DNA of 32,000 nt from an uncultured Actinomycetes bacterium (GCA_963704635.1 OY969925.1:1136761-1168760), one strand, 5' to 3'. Counted from the stretch's first letter, positions 1-9,094 are shown. Notes: generated from the sequence alone by a model not told the origin. A program made the numbers and translations.

Positions 1-8
1 AAAAGCGA

Positions 9-719
9 ATGGTCAGGCAGGCGAAGAGCTATTTCGTGGGAGCGGTGTCCGGCGCGGGGTTGATCGCCGCTGCCGTCGTTGCCTTCGTGCTGCTTGTCTC
101 CGCGCTCGTCTTCGAGGATCTGCCCGTCGTCGGGCTGGTCGGAGGAGACGACCAGGCTTCGATATCGGCCGCGAAGCCAGCCGCGGCGGAACCGGTTGCC
201 GGGGTTACGGCCGGTTCCGCCGCGGCCAAACCCAAAGCCGCCGGCGCTGGTTCGGCCAATGGCGACCGGGCGGGTAGCGATCCCACCAGCTCGAGCGCCC
301 AGGTCGTAGAAGGCAACGGACTGCAGAGCGGTGGCGGCAACCCGACCGGCGGCGGCGGAACCGACTCGGCTCCCGCAGCGGCGGGCCCGGGCTCAGGTGC
401 AACCGGCGGCGGGGCCTCCGGCTCCGCGTCGAGCGGCGGCGGCTCCGGCGGGGCTTCCGGCGGCGGCGGCTCCGAAAGTGGCAGCGGCGGCGGATCGACC
501 ACCCCCTCGACCTCGGGCAATGTCGCCGGCACCGTCAACGAAACGGTCAACCAGGTCGATCAGACCGTGACCGGCGGGGCGCTGGGCGCGACCGGAGTCA
601 CCCAGGTGACCGAAGAAACGGTCAACGGGGTCGTCGGCCCCGAATCGGCCGTCGGCAAAGTCGTCGACGAAACCGTGAAAACCGTCGAAGGCGTTCTCGG
701 CGGCCTCGGCGGTAAATAG
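9..719 (+). CDS. hypothetical membrane-anchored Gly/Ala/Ser-rich low-complexity protein
   Basis: The ORF has one N-terminal hydrophobic helix (GAVSGAGLIAAAVVAFVLLVSALVF) and a long G/A/S/P low-complexity core. The C-terminus carries short repeats of the form ETVxxV (NETVNQV, EETVNGV, DETVKTV). No family recognised. Confidence 0.45.
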   Translation: MVRQAKSYFVGAVSGAGLIAAAVVAFVLLVSALVFEDLPVVGLVGGDDQASISAAKPAAAEPVAGVTAGSAAAKPKAAGAGSANGDRAGSDPTSSSAQVVEGNGLQSGGGNPTGGGGTDSAPAAAGPGSGATGGGASGSASSGGGSGGASGGGGSESGSGGGSTTPSTSGNVAGTVNETVNQVDQTVTGGALGATGVTQVTEETVNGVVGPESAVGKVVDETVKTVEGVLGGLGGK

Positions 720-766
720 TCGAGCGTTCCGCCTGCCTCCCGGCTAATCGTCAAAATGCCCGTCCT

Positions 767-2074
767 ATGGCGGAGAGCGGACAGGCGGGATCGTTAGCGA
801 GCGATCCGATCGCGGGCTCGGCGGTGTACCCGCTGGGGAGCCGGGTCAACGAGCGGGGTCACCTCGAGGTCGCCGGCTGCGACGTGGTTGAGCTGGCCGC
901 GGAACACGGCACCCCCGCCTACGTCTACGCCGAGGACGACATTCGCGCCCGCGCCCGCGCCTACCGCGAGGCGTTCGAGAGCCGCGGCGCCGACTTCGAA
1001 GTCCTCTTCGCCAGCAAGTCTCTGCCCTGCACCGCCGCCTACCGGCTCTTCGCCGCGGAGGGCCTATCGGTCGACGTCGCCTCCGGCGGCGAGCTGCACA
1101 TGGCCCTGGAGGCAGGCTTCGACCCCGACCGGATCCACATGCACGGCAACAACAAGACCGACGCCGAGATCCTCTTCGCCGCCCGGTCCGGGATCCGCCA
1201 CCTGATCATCGACTCCTTCGACGAGATCGAGCGCTGCGAGCGACTGCTCGACGAACCCCAGCGGGTGCTGATCCGGGTCACTCCCGGGATCAAGCCCTCC
1301 ACCCACGACTACATCACCACCGGCCAGCTCGACTCCAAGTTCGGCTTCGGCCTCGAGGACGGGCTGGCGGCGCGGGCGATCGAGCGGGTCCTCGCCTCCG
1401 AGAAGCTGGAGCTGGTCGGCCTGCACGCCCACATCGGCTCCCAGATCTTCGAGCTCGAGCCCTACATGCTGGCGATCCGGGCGCTGGGGGAGTTGGCCGG
1501 CGACTGGTGCAAGGTCGTCAACGTCGGCGGCGGCCTCGGGGTTGCCTACACCGCTGAGGACGAGCCGCCCTCGATCGACTCCTACGTCGACGTCAAGGTT
1601 CGCGGCGTCGAGGAGGTCTTCGGCTCCGGGGTGCGGATCCTGGTCGAGCCGGGCCGCTCGCTGGTCGCCAACGCCGGCGTCACTGCCTACCGGGTCGGGA
1701 CCGTGAAGGAGATCCCCGCTGTCCGCACCTACGTCGCGGTCGACGGCGGCATGTCCGACAACCTGCGGCCGATGCTCTACGGGTCCCGCTACGAGGCGCT
1801 GATCGCCGACCGCGCCGCGGCGGCGCCCGAGACCCTGGTGACGATCGCCGGCATGCACTGCGAGTCCGGCGACGTGATCGTCCGCGACGCGATGCTGGCC
1901 GAGCCGGCGATTGGCGACGTCCTCGTCACCCCGGCCACCGGCGCCTACGGCTACGCGATGGCCAACAACTACAACGGCGTGCCGCGGCCGCCGGTCGTCT
2001 TCTGCCGCGACGGCGAGGCGCGGGTCGTGGTTCGGCGCGAGACCTACGAGGACCTGACGGCGAGGGACGTCTAG
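767..2074 (+). CDS. lysA: diaminopimelate decarboxylase
   Basis: The 435-aa ORF has the layout of a fold-type III PLP decarboxylase: FASKSL (PLP lysine region), HIGSQ, EPGRSLV, and a C-terminal CESGD motif. It sits at the head of a lysA-hom-thrC-thrB cluster, as in many actinobacteria. Confidence 0.93.
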   Translation: MAESGQAGSLASDPIAGSAVYPLGSRVNERGHLEVAGCDVVELAAEHGTPAYVYAEDDIRARARAYREAFESRGADFEVLFASKSLPCTAAYRLFAAEGLSVDVASGGELHMALEAGFDPDRIHMHGNNKTDAEILFAARSGIRHLIIDSFDEIERCERLLDEPQRVLIRVTPGIKPSTHDYITTGQLDSKFGFGLEDGLAARAIERVLASEKLELVGLHAHIGSQIFELEPYMLAIRALGELAGDWCKVVNVGGGLGVAYTAEDEPPSIDSYVDVKVRGVEEVFGSGVRILVEPGRSLVANAGVTAYRVGTVKEIPAVRTYVAVDGGMSDNLRPMLYGSRYEALIADRAAAAPETLVTIAGMHCESGDVIVRDAMLAEPAIGDVLVTPATGAYGYAMANNYNGVPRPPVVFCRDGEARVVVRRETYEDLTARDV

Positions 2075-2077
2075 GAC

Positions 2078-3316
2078 GTGAACGCCGAGGGCTCCAAACC
2101 GGTGCGCATCGGGCTGCTGGGACGCGGCACGGTCGGTGCCGCCTTCGCCGAGCTGCTGGCGGAGCGGGCCGCGGCGGTCGAGGCGGCGACCGGACGGCGG
2201 CCGGAGATCGCCGGCGTCCTCACCCGCGACGAGGGCGACTTCGACGCGATCCTCGACGGCTCGGACCTGATCGTCGAGCTGATGGGTGGGACCGAGCCGG
2301 CGCGCGAGCACGTGCTGGCGGCGCTGCGGGCCGGCAAACCCGTCGTCACCGCCAACAAGCAGCTGCTGGCCCAATACGGCGACGAGCTCTTCGCCGTCGC
2401 TCGCGAGGCGGGGGTGCAACTGCGCTTCGAGGCGGCGGTGGCGGCGGTGATCCCGATCGTGCGGACGATTCAGGAGAGCTTCGGCGTCACCAAGATCGCC
2501 AAGGTTTTCGGGATCGTCAACGGCACCACCAACTTCATCCTCAGCGAGATGGCCGCAACCGGCGCCGGCTACAACGAGGTACTGGCGCGAGCGCAGGAGC
2601 TGGGCTACGCCGAGGCCGATCCCAGCGACGACGTCAACGGCGCCGACGCGGCAGCGAAGATGGCGATCCTCGCCCGGCTCGCCTTCCACACCCCGGTGAC
2701 GCTCTCCGAGGTCTCCTACGAGGGGATCGAGGCGATCCAGCCCGACGACCTCGCCTACGCCAAGGAGTTGGGGCTGTCGCTGAAGCTTCTCGGGGTCGCC
2801 GAGCGCCGCGACGGCGGCATCAGCGTCCGCGTCTTTCCCTGCTTCCTCTACCCGGGCCACCCGCTAGCGCCGATCGAAGGTGCCTTCAACGCGGTAATGG
2901 TCGAGGCGCCGGCGATCAGCGAGGTGACGATGTCGGGGCCGGGAGCGGGTGGGATACAGACCGCCTCGGCGGTGCTCGGCGACGTCGTCTCGATCCTCGC
3001 CGGCGACGCGCCCGTGCACGAGACCAGGGTCGAGCTGCCGCTGGTCGAGGACATCACCTCTTCCTTCTACCTGCACCTCGAGGTGGCCGACCAGCCCGGT
3101 GTCCTGGCGCGAGTGGCGGCCGTCCTCGGCGACCATGAGATTTCGGTCAAGAGCTTCGTCCAGCGCGGGACCGGCGCCGACGCGCGGCTGGTGATGGTGA
3201 TCCACGAGTGCCTCGAGTCCCGCTTCGCCGCCGCCGTCGAGGCCTTGGCGAAGCTCGAGGAGCTGCGCTCGCCGCCGCGCTCGATCCGGGTCATCGAGGA
3301 GGAGTACTCGGCGTGA
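2078..3316 (+). CDS. hom: homoserine dehydrogenase
   Basis: A GTG start lies 3 nt after the lysA stop. The N-terminus has the Rossmann motif GLLGRGTVG, the catalytic-domain motifs VTANK and NGTTNFIL are present, and the C-terminal segment is ACT-like (FYLHLEVADQPGVLARVAAVLGDHEISV). Confidence 0.93.
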   Translation: MNAEGSKPVRIGLLGRGTVGAAFAELLAERAAAVEAATGRRPEIAGVLTRDEGDFDAILDGSDLIVELMGGTEPAREHVLAALRAGKPVVTANKQLLAQYGDELFAVAREAGVQLRFEAAVAAVIPIVRTIQESFGVTKIAKVFGIVNGTTNFILSEMAATGAGYNEVLARAQELGYAEADPSDDVNGADAAAKMAILARLAFHTPVTLSEVSYEGIEAIQPDDLAYAKELGLSLKLLGVAERRDGGISVRVFPCFLYPGHPLAPIEGAFNAVMVEAPAISEVTMSGPGAGGIQTASAVLGDVVSILAGDAPVHETRVELPLVEDITSSFYLHLEVADQPGVLARVAAVLGDHEISVKSFVQRGTGADARLVMVIHECLESRFAAAVEALAKLEELRSPPRSIRVIEEEYSA

Positions 3317-3320
3317 CCTT

Positions 3321-4421
3321 TTGCGTGTTGATGGTCTGGGAGTCGCGCTGATGGCAGCCGGTCTGATCGACCGCTACCGCGACCAGCTCTCGCTGGAGCC
3401 GGGCGACCCGGTCGTGACCCTGAACGAGGGCTCGACGCCGCTGATCGAGGCGCCGCGGCTCTCGGAGCGGATCGAAGCCCGCGCCTACTTCAAGTTCGAG
3501 GGCTTGAACCCGACCGGCTCCTTCAAGGACCGGGGGATGACGGTGGCCGTTTCGCGGGCCAAGGGGAGGGGGGCGGAGGCGATCATCTGCGCCTCGACCG
3601 GCAACACCGCCGCCAGCTGCGCCGCCTACGCGGCGCGGGCGGGGATGCGCGGCGCGGTGATCGTCCCCGAGGGCAAGATCGCGATCGGCAAGCTCGCCCA
3701 GGCGCTGATGCACGGCGCCCGCGTCGTCGCCCTCCAGGGCAACTTCGACGATGCCCTGCGGATCGTCCGCGAGCTCTCCCAGAAGCACCCAATCGAGCTC
3801 GTCAACTCGGTCAACCCGCACCGGATCGAAGGCCAGAAGACGGCCGCCTTCGAGGTCGTCGAGGACCTCGGTGGGATGCCCGGCGCGCTGGCGATCCCGG
3901 TCGGCAACGCCGGCAACGTCACCGCCTACTGGCGGGGTTTCCGCGAGGCGGCTTCCTCGGGCGATGCGGAGCTGGGCCGACTGGAGGACCCGAAGCCGGT
4001 CCTCTACGGCTTCCAGGCCGAGGGCGCGGCGCCGCTGGTCCGCGGCGAGCCCGTCGCCAACCCCGAGACCGTCGCCTCAGCGATCCGGATCGGCAACCCG
4101 GCCCGCTGGGAGGAGGCGATGGCCGCCTTCACCGCCAGTCGCGGTCGCGTCGCCGCCGTCTCCGACGAGCAGATCCTCAATGCCTACCGCTGGCTGGCCG
4201 ACAACGAAGGCGTCTTCTGCGAGCCCGCCAGCGCCGCCTCGGTTGCCGGCCTCCTCGCCCACGGCCTGCCGGTTGTCGAGGGCGCGTCGCGGCCCGAGAC
4301 TGTCGTCTGCGTCCTCACCGGCCATGGCCTCAAGGACCCCGACACCGCCCTCTCCAAAGCCCCCGCCGTGATCAACTGCGAGAACGACCTCGGCGCGGTC
4401 GAGCGCGCGGTGTTCGACTAA
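3321..4421 (+). CDS. thrC: threonine synthase
   Basis: The PLP-lysine motif GSFKDRG, the CASTGNT motif and the YRDxL N-terminus are present. The track ORF starts at TTG 3321; ATG 3351 (MAAGLIDRYRD) is an equally plausible start. Confidence 0.92.
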   Translation: MRVDGLGVALMAAGLIDRYRDQLSLEPGDPVVTLNEGSTPLIEAPRLSERIEARAYFKFEGLNPTGSFKDRGMTVAVSRAKGRGAEAIICASTGNTAASCAAYAARAGMRGAVIVPEGKIAIGKLAQALMHGARVVALQGNFDDALRIVRELSQKHPIELVNSVNPHRIEGQKTAAFEVVEDLGGMPGALAIPVGNAGNVTAYWRGFREAASSGDAELGRLEDPKPVLYGFQAEGAAPLVRGEPVANPETVASAIRIGNPARWEEAMAAFTASRGRVAAVSDEQILNAYRWLADNEGVFCEPASAASVAGLLAHGLPVVEGASRPETVVCVLTGHGLKDPDTALSKAPAVINCENDLGAVERAVFD

Positions 4422-4454
4422 GTACGGTTACACCGTACTATCTGGTACGGTATT
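4421..4454. promoter_or_regulatory. perfect 8-bp inverted repeat AGTACGGT-TAC-ACCGTACT plus a third GTACGGT half-site; candidate operator or small terminator hairpin
   Basis: The inverted repeat at 4421-4439 overlaps the last base of the thrC TAA stop. A further GTACGGT copy lies at 4445-4451, 12 nt before the ATPase ATG. The spacer is AT-rich and the ATG has no obvious Shine-Dalgarno sequence. Confidence 0.35.
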
Positions 4455-4463
4455 GAAATACTT

Positions 4464-5597
4464 ATGGAGGATCTCAACCCCTTCGTTTTCAGCCGTCCGG
4501 TCGATCCGAAGGACCTCATCGACCGCGAGCGTGAGTCAGAAAAGCTGGTCGCCCTGGCGGAGGGTGGTCACGCGACGCGACTCTCGGCGCCTCGCCGATA
4601 CGGCAAGACCAGCCTCCTACGCCGAGCTGGTCAAGAGGCCGAAAAGATTGGCTTCAACTATGTCGAGGTCGATTTTTACGGAGTCCTTTCTCAGGACGAA
4701 GTCGCGATGCGGTTGGAAAGGGCATATCGCGGGCTGAGATCCGCGCCGCGGCGGGCGGCGGATGCGGCGATTCGTGCCCTGCGTCCGCGGGTGAGCGTCG
4801 GGGCCGGCCCGGCAAGGATCGAGGCTCGTCCCGCCCTGGACCGGGAGGCGGACAGTTCTCGTGCCATGGTCGGTCTGCTCGATCTCCCACTCGAGATCTT
4901 CGAGCGAACTGGAACGCGGACGCTGGTGGCATTCGACGAGTTTCAGTCCCTGCTCGCGGTAAACCCGCAAGTCGATGGCCTCTTTCGCAGCCGGATACAG
5001 AGACACGGCGATTCGGCCAGTTACATCTTCGCCGGCTCGCACCCGGGTCTCATGGAGCAATTGTTCGGGGCCTACGAGAGACCCTTCTTCGGCCAAGCGC
5101 GGGTGATGCGGTTGGAGCCGCTCGCGGATGCGGACCTGGTCGAATACGTTGGAGAGCGATTCGAAGCGGGGGGCCGGGATGTGTCGCCGGTGGTTGACCC
5201 CTTTTTGGACCTCGTGAAGGGCCACCCCCAACGCGCGATGCTGCTGGCTCACTATCTCTGGGAGCAGACTCCTCGCGGTGAGCCCGCTACGCCAGAACGA
5301 TGGCAGGCGACGTTGGACGTGGTCTTCTCGGAATACGGCGAGGCTCTCCAGGCGACGTGGGACGCACTCGAGACGAAAGAGAAGGTCGTGCTTGCTGCGC
5401 TTGCGTCGGGGCAGGATCCCCTCTTCTCCGATCGCACTCTGAACAGGTTCAACCTTTCGAAGGGCGGCGTTCAGCATGCTCGTGACAGCCTCTTGCGGTC
5501 GGGGCATCTACATCGAGTCGGTGATGGCTGGGATCCGGTCGATCCGCTGCTGGCGGAGTGGATCGTCAGGCTCGAGCGCGGTATCGGCGAGGATTAA
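4464..5597 (+). CDS. P-loop ATPase (archaeal-ATPase / AAA+ STAND-like) with helical and probable winged-helix C-terminal region
   Basis: Walker A is SAPRRYGKTSLL and Walker B is TLVAFDEFQ. The overall layout resembles the ATPase_2 / DUF234-type family. GC is visibly lower than in its neighbours: spot counts of single 60-nt lines gave 50% and 62%, against about 80% in thrC. Confidence 0.8.
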   Translation: MEDLNPFVFSRPVDPKDLIDRERESEKLVALAEGGHATRLSAPRRYGKTSLLRRAGQEAEKIGFNYVEVDFYGVLSQDEVAMRLERAYRGLRSAPRRAADAAIRALRPRVSVGAGPARIEARPALDREADSSRAMVGLLDLPLEIFERTGTRTLVAFDEFQSLLAVNPQVDGLFRSRIQRHGDSASYIFAGSHPGLMEQLFGAYERPFFGQARVMRLEPLADADLVEYVGERFEAGGRDVSPVVDPFLDLVKGHPQRAMLLAHYLWEQTPRGEPATPERWQATLDVVFSEYGEALQATWDALETKEKVVLAALASGQDPLFSDRTLNRFNLSKGGVQHARDSLLRSGHLHRVGDGWDPVDPLLAEWIVRLERGIGED

Positions 5598-5602
5598 GGT
5601 CG

Positions 5603-6484
5603 ATGACCGCGCGCCACCGACTCGTCCGCGTCCCCGCCTCCTCGGCCAACCTCGGTCCCGGTTACGACGCGATGGCGGCGGCGATGGCGATGCATCTGGA
5701 GCTGGAGGTGGAGGAGAGCGGCGAGTACTCCTTCGATCCCGGCGGGTTGGATGTTCCGACCGGACGCGAGAACCTGGTCGTGCGGGCCTTCGAGAGCCTG
5801 CGGCCGGCGGACGGGATCGCTTTCCGGCTGCGCAGTGAGATCCCGCTGGCGCGGGGCCTTGGGTCGAGCGCGGCGGCGATCGTCGCCGGCCTCTACGCCG
5901 CCGACCACCTCTACGAGCTGGCGCTGACCAAGGAGGAGATGCTGGCGCGGGCGACCGCGATCGAGGGCCATCCCGACAACGTCGCCGCGGCGATCCACGG
6001 CGGCTTCGTGGTCTGCGGCGCCGGCGCCGACGGAGTACCGACCGCCGCCCGCTTCGACCCGCCGGAGGGCCTGGAGGGGATCGTCGTGATCCCGCCCGAC
6101 GAGGTCTCGACCAAGCGGGCGCGGGAGGCGATCCCGGCCGAGGTGCCGCTCGCCGACGCCGTCGCCAACGTCTCCGCCGCGGCGATGCTGGTCCTGGGGC
6201 TGCGCGGCGCCGACCTCGATCTGATCGCCCGCGGGCTCGACGACCGCATCCACCAGCCGCGCCGCCGCGATCTCTATCCGCGCTCAATGGAGATCGTCGA
6301 TTCGGCGCGGGAGCTGGGGGCGCTGGGGGCGACGATCTCCGGCGCCGGCCCCACCGCCCTGGTCTGGACCACCTGGCAGGACGCCGGCAACGTCGCCGCC
6401 GGCCTCGAGCAGCGCTGCGCCGGCTGGGCCGAGGTCAAGCGGCTCCCCTTCAGCCCCCTCGGCGCCGACGTCCCGGAGCTCTGA
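5603..6484 (+). CDS. thrB: homoserine kinase
   Basis: The GHMP kinase motifs are present: VPASSANLGPGYD at the N-terminus and PLARGLGSSAA as the ATP-binding motif. ATG 5603 is preceded by GAGGA at 5590-5594. The track ORF start at 5558 would overlap the ATPase gene. Confidence 0.92.
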   Translation: MTARHRLVRVPASSANLGPGYDAMAAAMAMHLELEVEESGEYSFDPGGLDVPTGRENLVVRAFESLRPADGIAFRLRSEIPLARGLGSSAAAIVAGLYAADHLYELALTKEEMLARATAIEGHPDNVAAAIHGGFVVCGAGADGVPTAARFDPPEGLEGIVVIPPDEVSTKRAREAIPAEVPLADAVANVSAAAMLVLGLRGADLDLIARGLDDRIHQPRRRDLYPRSMEIVDSARELGALGATISGAGPTALVWTTWQDAGNVAAGLEQRCAGWAEVKRLPFSPLGADVPEL

Positions 6485-6489
6485 GCGCG

Positions 6490-6867
6490 ATGGACTGGGT
6501 GGTGCGAATCGGCCTGATCGAGCTGGCGCTGGGTGGCCTGCTGGGCTGGGCGATGGTGATCCGCAGCGAGCGACCCGAGTGGCTGAAGCGGATCGGCATC
6601 GTCGCCCCGCAGCGGATCCGCCAGGTCCACCTCGACTACGTGATGATGGGACTGATCCTGATCGGGGTCGGGCTCGCGGTGCCGGATCTGCCGACCGCGG
6701 TCGCCGCCGCGCTCGTCTTCGGCACCTTCGTCAACCCGTTCCTCTTCGTCCCGCTCGCCTTCGATCCCGACGCCGAGCAGCGGCTCTGGTACCGGGTCCT
6801 GGCGACGGTCAGCTTCATCGGCGTCAGCGGCGGACTGGTCGTCGCGGCGATCGTGGGACCCGCTTAG
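6490..6867 (+). CDS. small integral membrane protein (about 4 TM), unknown function
   Basis: The 125-aa ORF starts 5 nt after the thrB stop. It has four hydrophobic segments and GC3-rich codon usage. Confidence 0.55.
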   Translation: MDWVVRIGLIELALGGLLGWAMVIRSERPEWLKRIGIVAPQRIRQVHLDYVMMGLILIGVGLAVPDLPTAVAAALVFGTFVNPFLFVPLAFDPDAEQRLWYRVLATVSFIGVSGGLVVAAIVGPA

Positions 6868-6928
6868 CCGGGTCCTAAATACGTACAGTTTCCGCAAGTA
6901 CTGCAGAATCCATATATAGGATCGAGCG

Positions 6929-7939
6929 ATGTCGATCCCGCCGAAGTCGAAGCTGCTTTTCGTCGCCCTCACCCTCGTCGCTTTGTTCGCAGTGCCAACT
7001 GCTGCGGGTGCGACGATCGCCTACGTCAAGTACGGCCACTATCCGCAGGCGCCCACGGTTTTCACCGCGGACGACGACGGCTCCGACGAGCTCTACATCG
7101 GCCGCGGGGTGGATCCCGAGGTTTCGCCCGACGGGAACTTCGTCGCCTACCTCAACAAGCGGGGGAAGCGGGAGCGGCTGAAAGTCGCCCACTTCTATGG
7201 AGGTGCACTGGACCTGCTGATCGAGGCCTCAAGGATCTCCTCGCTGGCCTGGTCGCCGGAATCGACGCGGATCGCTGCGGTGCGGGCCCCGGCAAACGGC
7301 CGCGAGCGGCTGGTTCTGATCGACGTTCCCAGCGGTGGCCAGCACGTGATCGCCCGCGGCTCCTTCGGTCGCGTCAGCTTCTCGCCCAACGGGGACCAGC
7401 TGGTGTACTCCCGTTTTCGCGACGGGCACAGTGACATCTACCGCTTCGCGGTCGGGGGCCATGGGTCCAAGCGCCTCACCTACGACCACCGCTCGCTGAC
7501 CCCGGTGTGGGGTCCGCGCAACCGCATCGCCTTCGCGAAAGAAGTGGGGGAGAAGCGTAAGCTCGAGATCTACACCATGGGGTCCGACGGCGGCGACGTG
7601 AAGCGCGTCACCCGCACCAGGCCCGAGGGATCGCGGAGCGGCTATTTCCCCGTTGCCTGGTCGCCCGAGGGAAACCGCCTGCTCGCGAACTACACGGTCC
7701 ACGGAAAGGACCAGTTCGGGGTCATCGTCTACACCCAGACCGGGGCGCTGGGGCGCCTGCAGCACCGGAAGGCCCACTTCATCGGCGCATCCTTCTCATG
7801 TGACGGGAACTCCGTCCTCGGTTCCAGCGGCCCCCGCGGTCCGGTCGCGAACCACAAGGTGGGCCTGGTCCCCGCTGTGAGCGGGACAATGCAAGTGCTG
7901 GTCGAGTTCGCCTACGAACCTGATCTCGGCGGCTGCTGA
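6929..7939 (+). CDS. secreted PD40/TolB-like beta-propeller repeat protein
   Basis: A signal-peptide-like N-terminus (KLLFVALTLVALFAVPTAAGA) is followed by recurring SPDG/SPNG/SPEG propeller motifs. An AGGA ribosome-binding site lies 7 nt upstream of the ATG. Confidence 0.75.
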   Translation: MSIPPKSKLLFVALTLVALFAVPTAAGATIAYVKYGHYPQAPTVFTADDDGSDELYIGRGVDPEVSPDGNFVAYLNKRGKRERLKVAHFYGGALDLLIEASRISSLAWSPESTRIAAVRAPANGRERLVLIDVPSGGQHVIARGSFGRVSFSPNGDQLVYSRFRDGHSDIYRFAVGGHGSKRLTYDHRSLTPVWGPRNRIAFAKEVGEKRKLEIYTMGSDGGDVKRVTRTRPEGSRSGYFPVAWSPEGNRLLANYTVHGKDQFGVIVYTQTGALGRLQHRKAHFIGASFSCDGNSVLGSSGPRGPVANHKVGLVPAVSGTMQVLVEFAYEPDLGGC

Positions 7940-7994
7940 GCGCGGGTCGGAGCGCGGTAACGGTGCGTCCGTCGCGCCGGGATAGCATCGCCGC

Positions 7995-9049
7995 ATGCCG
8001 ACCCTCGCGAAGCCGAAGCTGCTCCTGCCCGCCCTCGTCATCGCCGCGCTGCTGGCTCTGCCGGCGGGCGCGAGCGCGACGCTGAGCTACGTCAAGAACC
8101 CGCTCAACTCGACGGTCTTCGTCGCCGACGACGACGGCAGCGGCGCCCGCAAGGTCGAGACCGGGCACAACCCGCACGTCGCTCCCAGCGGGCTCTCGGT
8201 CGCCTACCTGCACGAAGGGGCGAAGAACGCGCAAGAACTGAAAGTCGCCCCCGCGACCGGTGGTCCGGCATAACGCTGATGACCAACCTGCGCGAAGCCT
8301 TCTACGTCACCTGGTCGTCCGATTCGAAAACGATTGCGGCGTTGCCCGGGCCCGAAATCGGCAAGCGCAAGCTGGTCTTGATCGACGTCGCCACCGGATT
8401 GCAGAGCGTCGTCGCCAAGGGGTACTTCGGCGGCTTCAGCTTCTCCCCGGACGGGACCGAAATCGCCTATTCGGTCTCGGCGAGCGAAAAGTACCCGCCC
8501 CGCAGCGACGTCTTCCGCTTCCCGGTCCCGATCCCCGGCGTGGTCAACGTGCGGGCCCCGGAAGCGGTTCGCCTGACCAGCGACCACCGCTCCTCGGACC
8601 CGCTCTGGGGGCCGCAGAAGATCGTCTTCGTCAAGACCCTGGAAGCCAAGCAGCGGCAGTACGGCCCCAAGAACGAGCTCTTCCTGATGAATCCGCAGGG
8701 CAAACAGGTCAAGCGCCTCACCCACACCAAGGTGCCGCCGCTGCTTCAGGGTCTGTTCCCGACCGACTGGTCGGCCAACGGCAGCCGCTTGCTGACCGAG
8801 TTCCAGGGCCAGGACACGAGCTACGCCGTGGTCGTCAATCCCAAGACCGGGGCGCAGCGGCCAGTCGCGGGGACGGGGGAGACGGGCTTCGTCGGCACCG
8901 ATCTCTCCGCCGACGGCAGCCTGGTGCTCGGTTTCACCGGCGGCTTCGACCCGGGCCTGAAGAACCACAAGGTGCAGACCGTCCCTTACGGCGGCGGCAA
9001 GCCGAAGACGCTGGTCAAGGAAGCGTTCGAACCGAGCTGGGACCGCTGA
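7995..9049 (+). pseudogene. PD40/TolB-like beta-propeller paralog, frame-broken near 8268-8275
   Basis: ORF 7995-8273 (signal peptide and first blade) and ORF 8279-9049 align colinearly with the upstream paralog; for example KVAHFYGGALDLLIEASRISSLAWS matches KVAPATGGPA / ITLMTNLREAFYVTWS. The reading frame changes by one nucleotide at the junction. Confidence 0.7.
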
Positions 9050-9053
9050 GCGA

Positions 9054-9092
9054 GTGTCGCTTTTGTACGGCTATGCCGAACAAAGGCGACAC
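9054..9092. terminator. hairpin between convergent genes (candidate bidirectional terminator)
   Basis: GTGTCGCTTTTG (9054-9065) pairs with CAAAGGCGACAC (9081-9092) with one mismatch and a 15-nt loop. The hairpin lies between the stop codons at 9049 (+) and 9095 (-). Confidence 0.4.
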
Positions 9093-9094
9093 GC

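Noticed and set aside
300-520. A GGC/GGCGGC-rich repetitive stretch, considered as a tandem repeat or CRISPR-like array.
   Set aside because: There is no regular repeat-spacer periodicity. It is the coding sequence of the Gly/Ser/Ala low-complexity region of the first ORF.
1064-2860. A 598-aa minus-strand ORF antisense to lysA and hom. Similar long antisense or off-frame ORFs occur at 5508-6287, 9553-11310, 12470-14077, 11557-12636, 15188-16111, 21111-22355, 23046-24095 and 26317-27927.
   Set aside because: All are Arg/Pro/Gly/Asp-rich with no motifs, and all lie opposite or out of frame to genes with clear family signatures. They are typical stop-codon-poor shadow ORFs of high-GC DNA.
6868-6928. 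The AT-rich spacer with the TCC-ATATATA-GGA hairpin, considered as a mobile-element end or att site.
   Set aside because: I saw no matching repeat elsewhere in the window. It is most simply the promoter and ribosome-binding region of the TolB-like gene, with AGGA 7 nt before the ATG.
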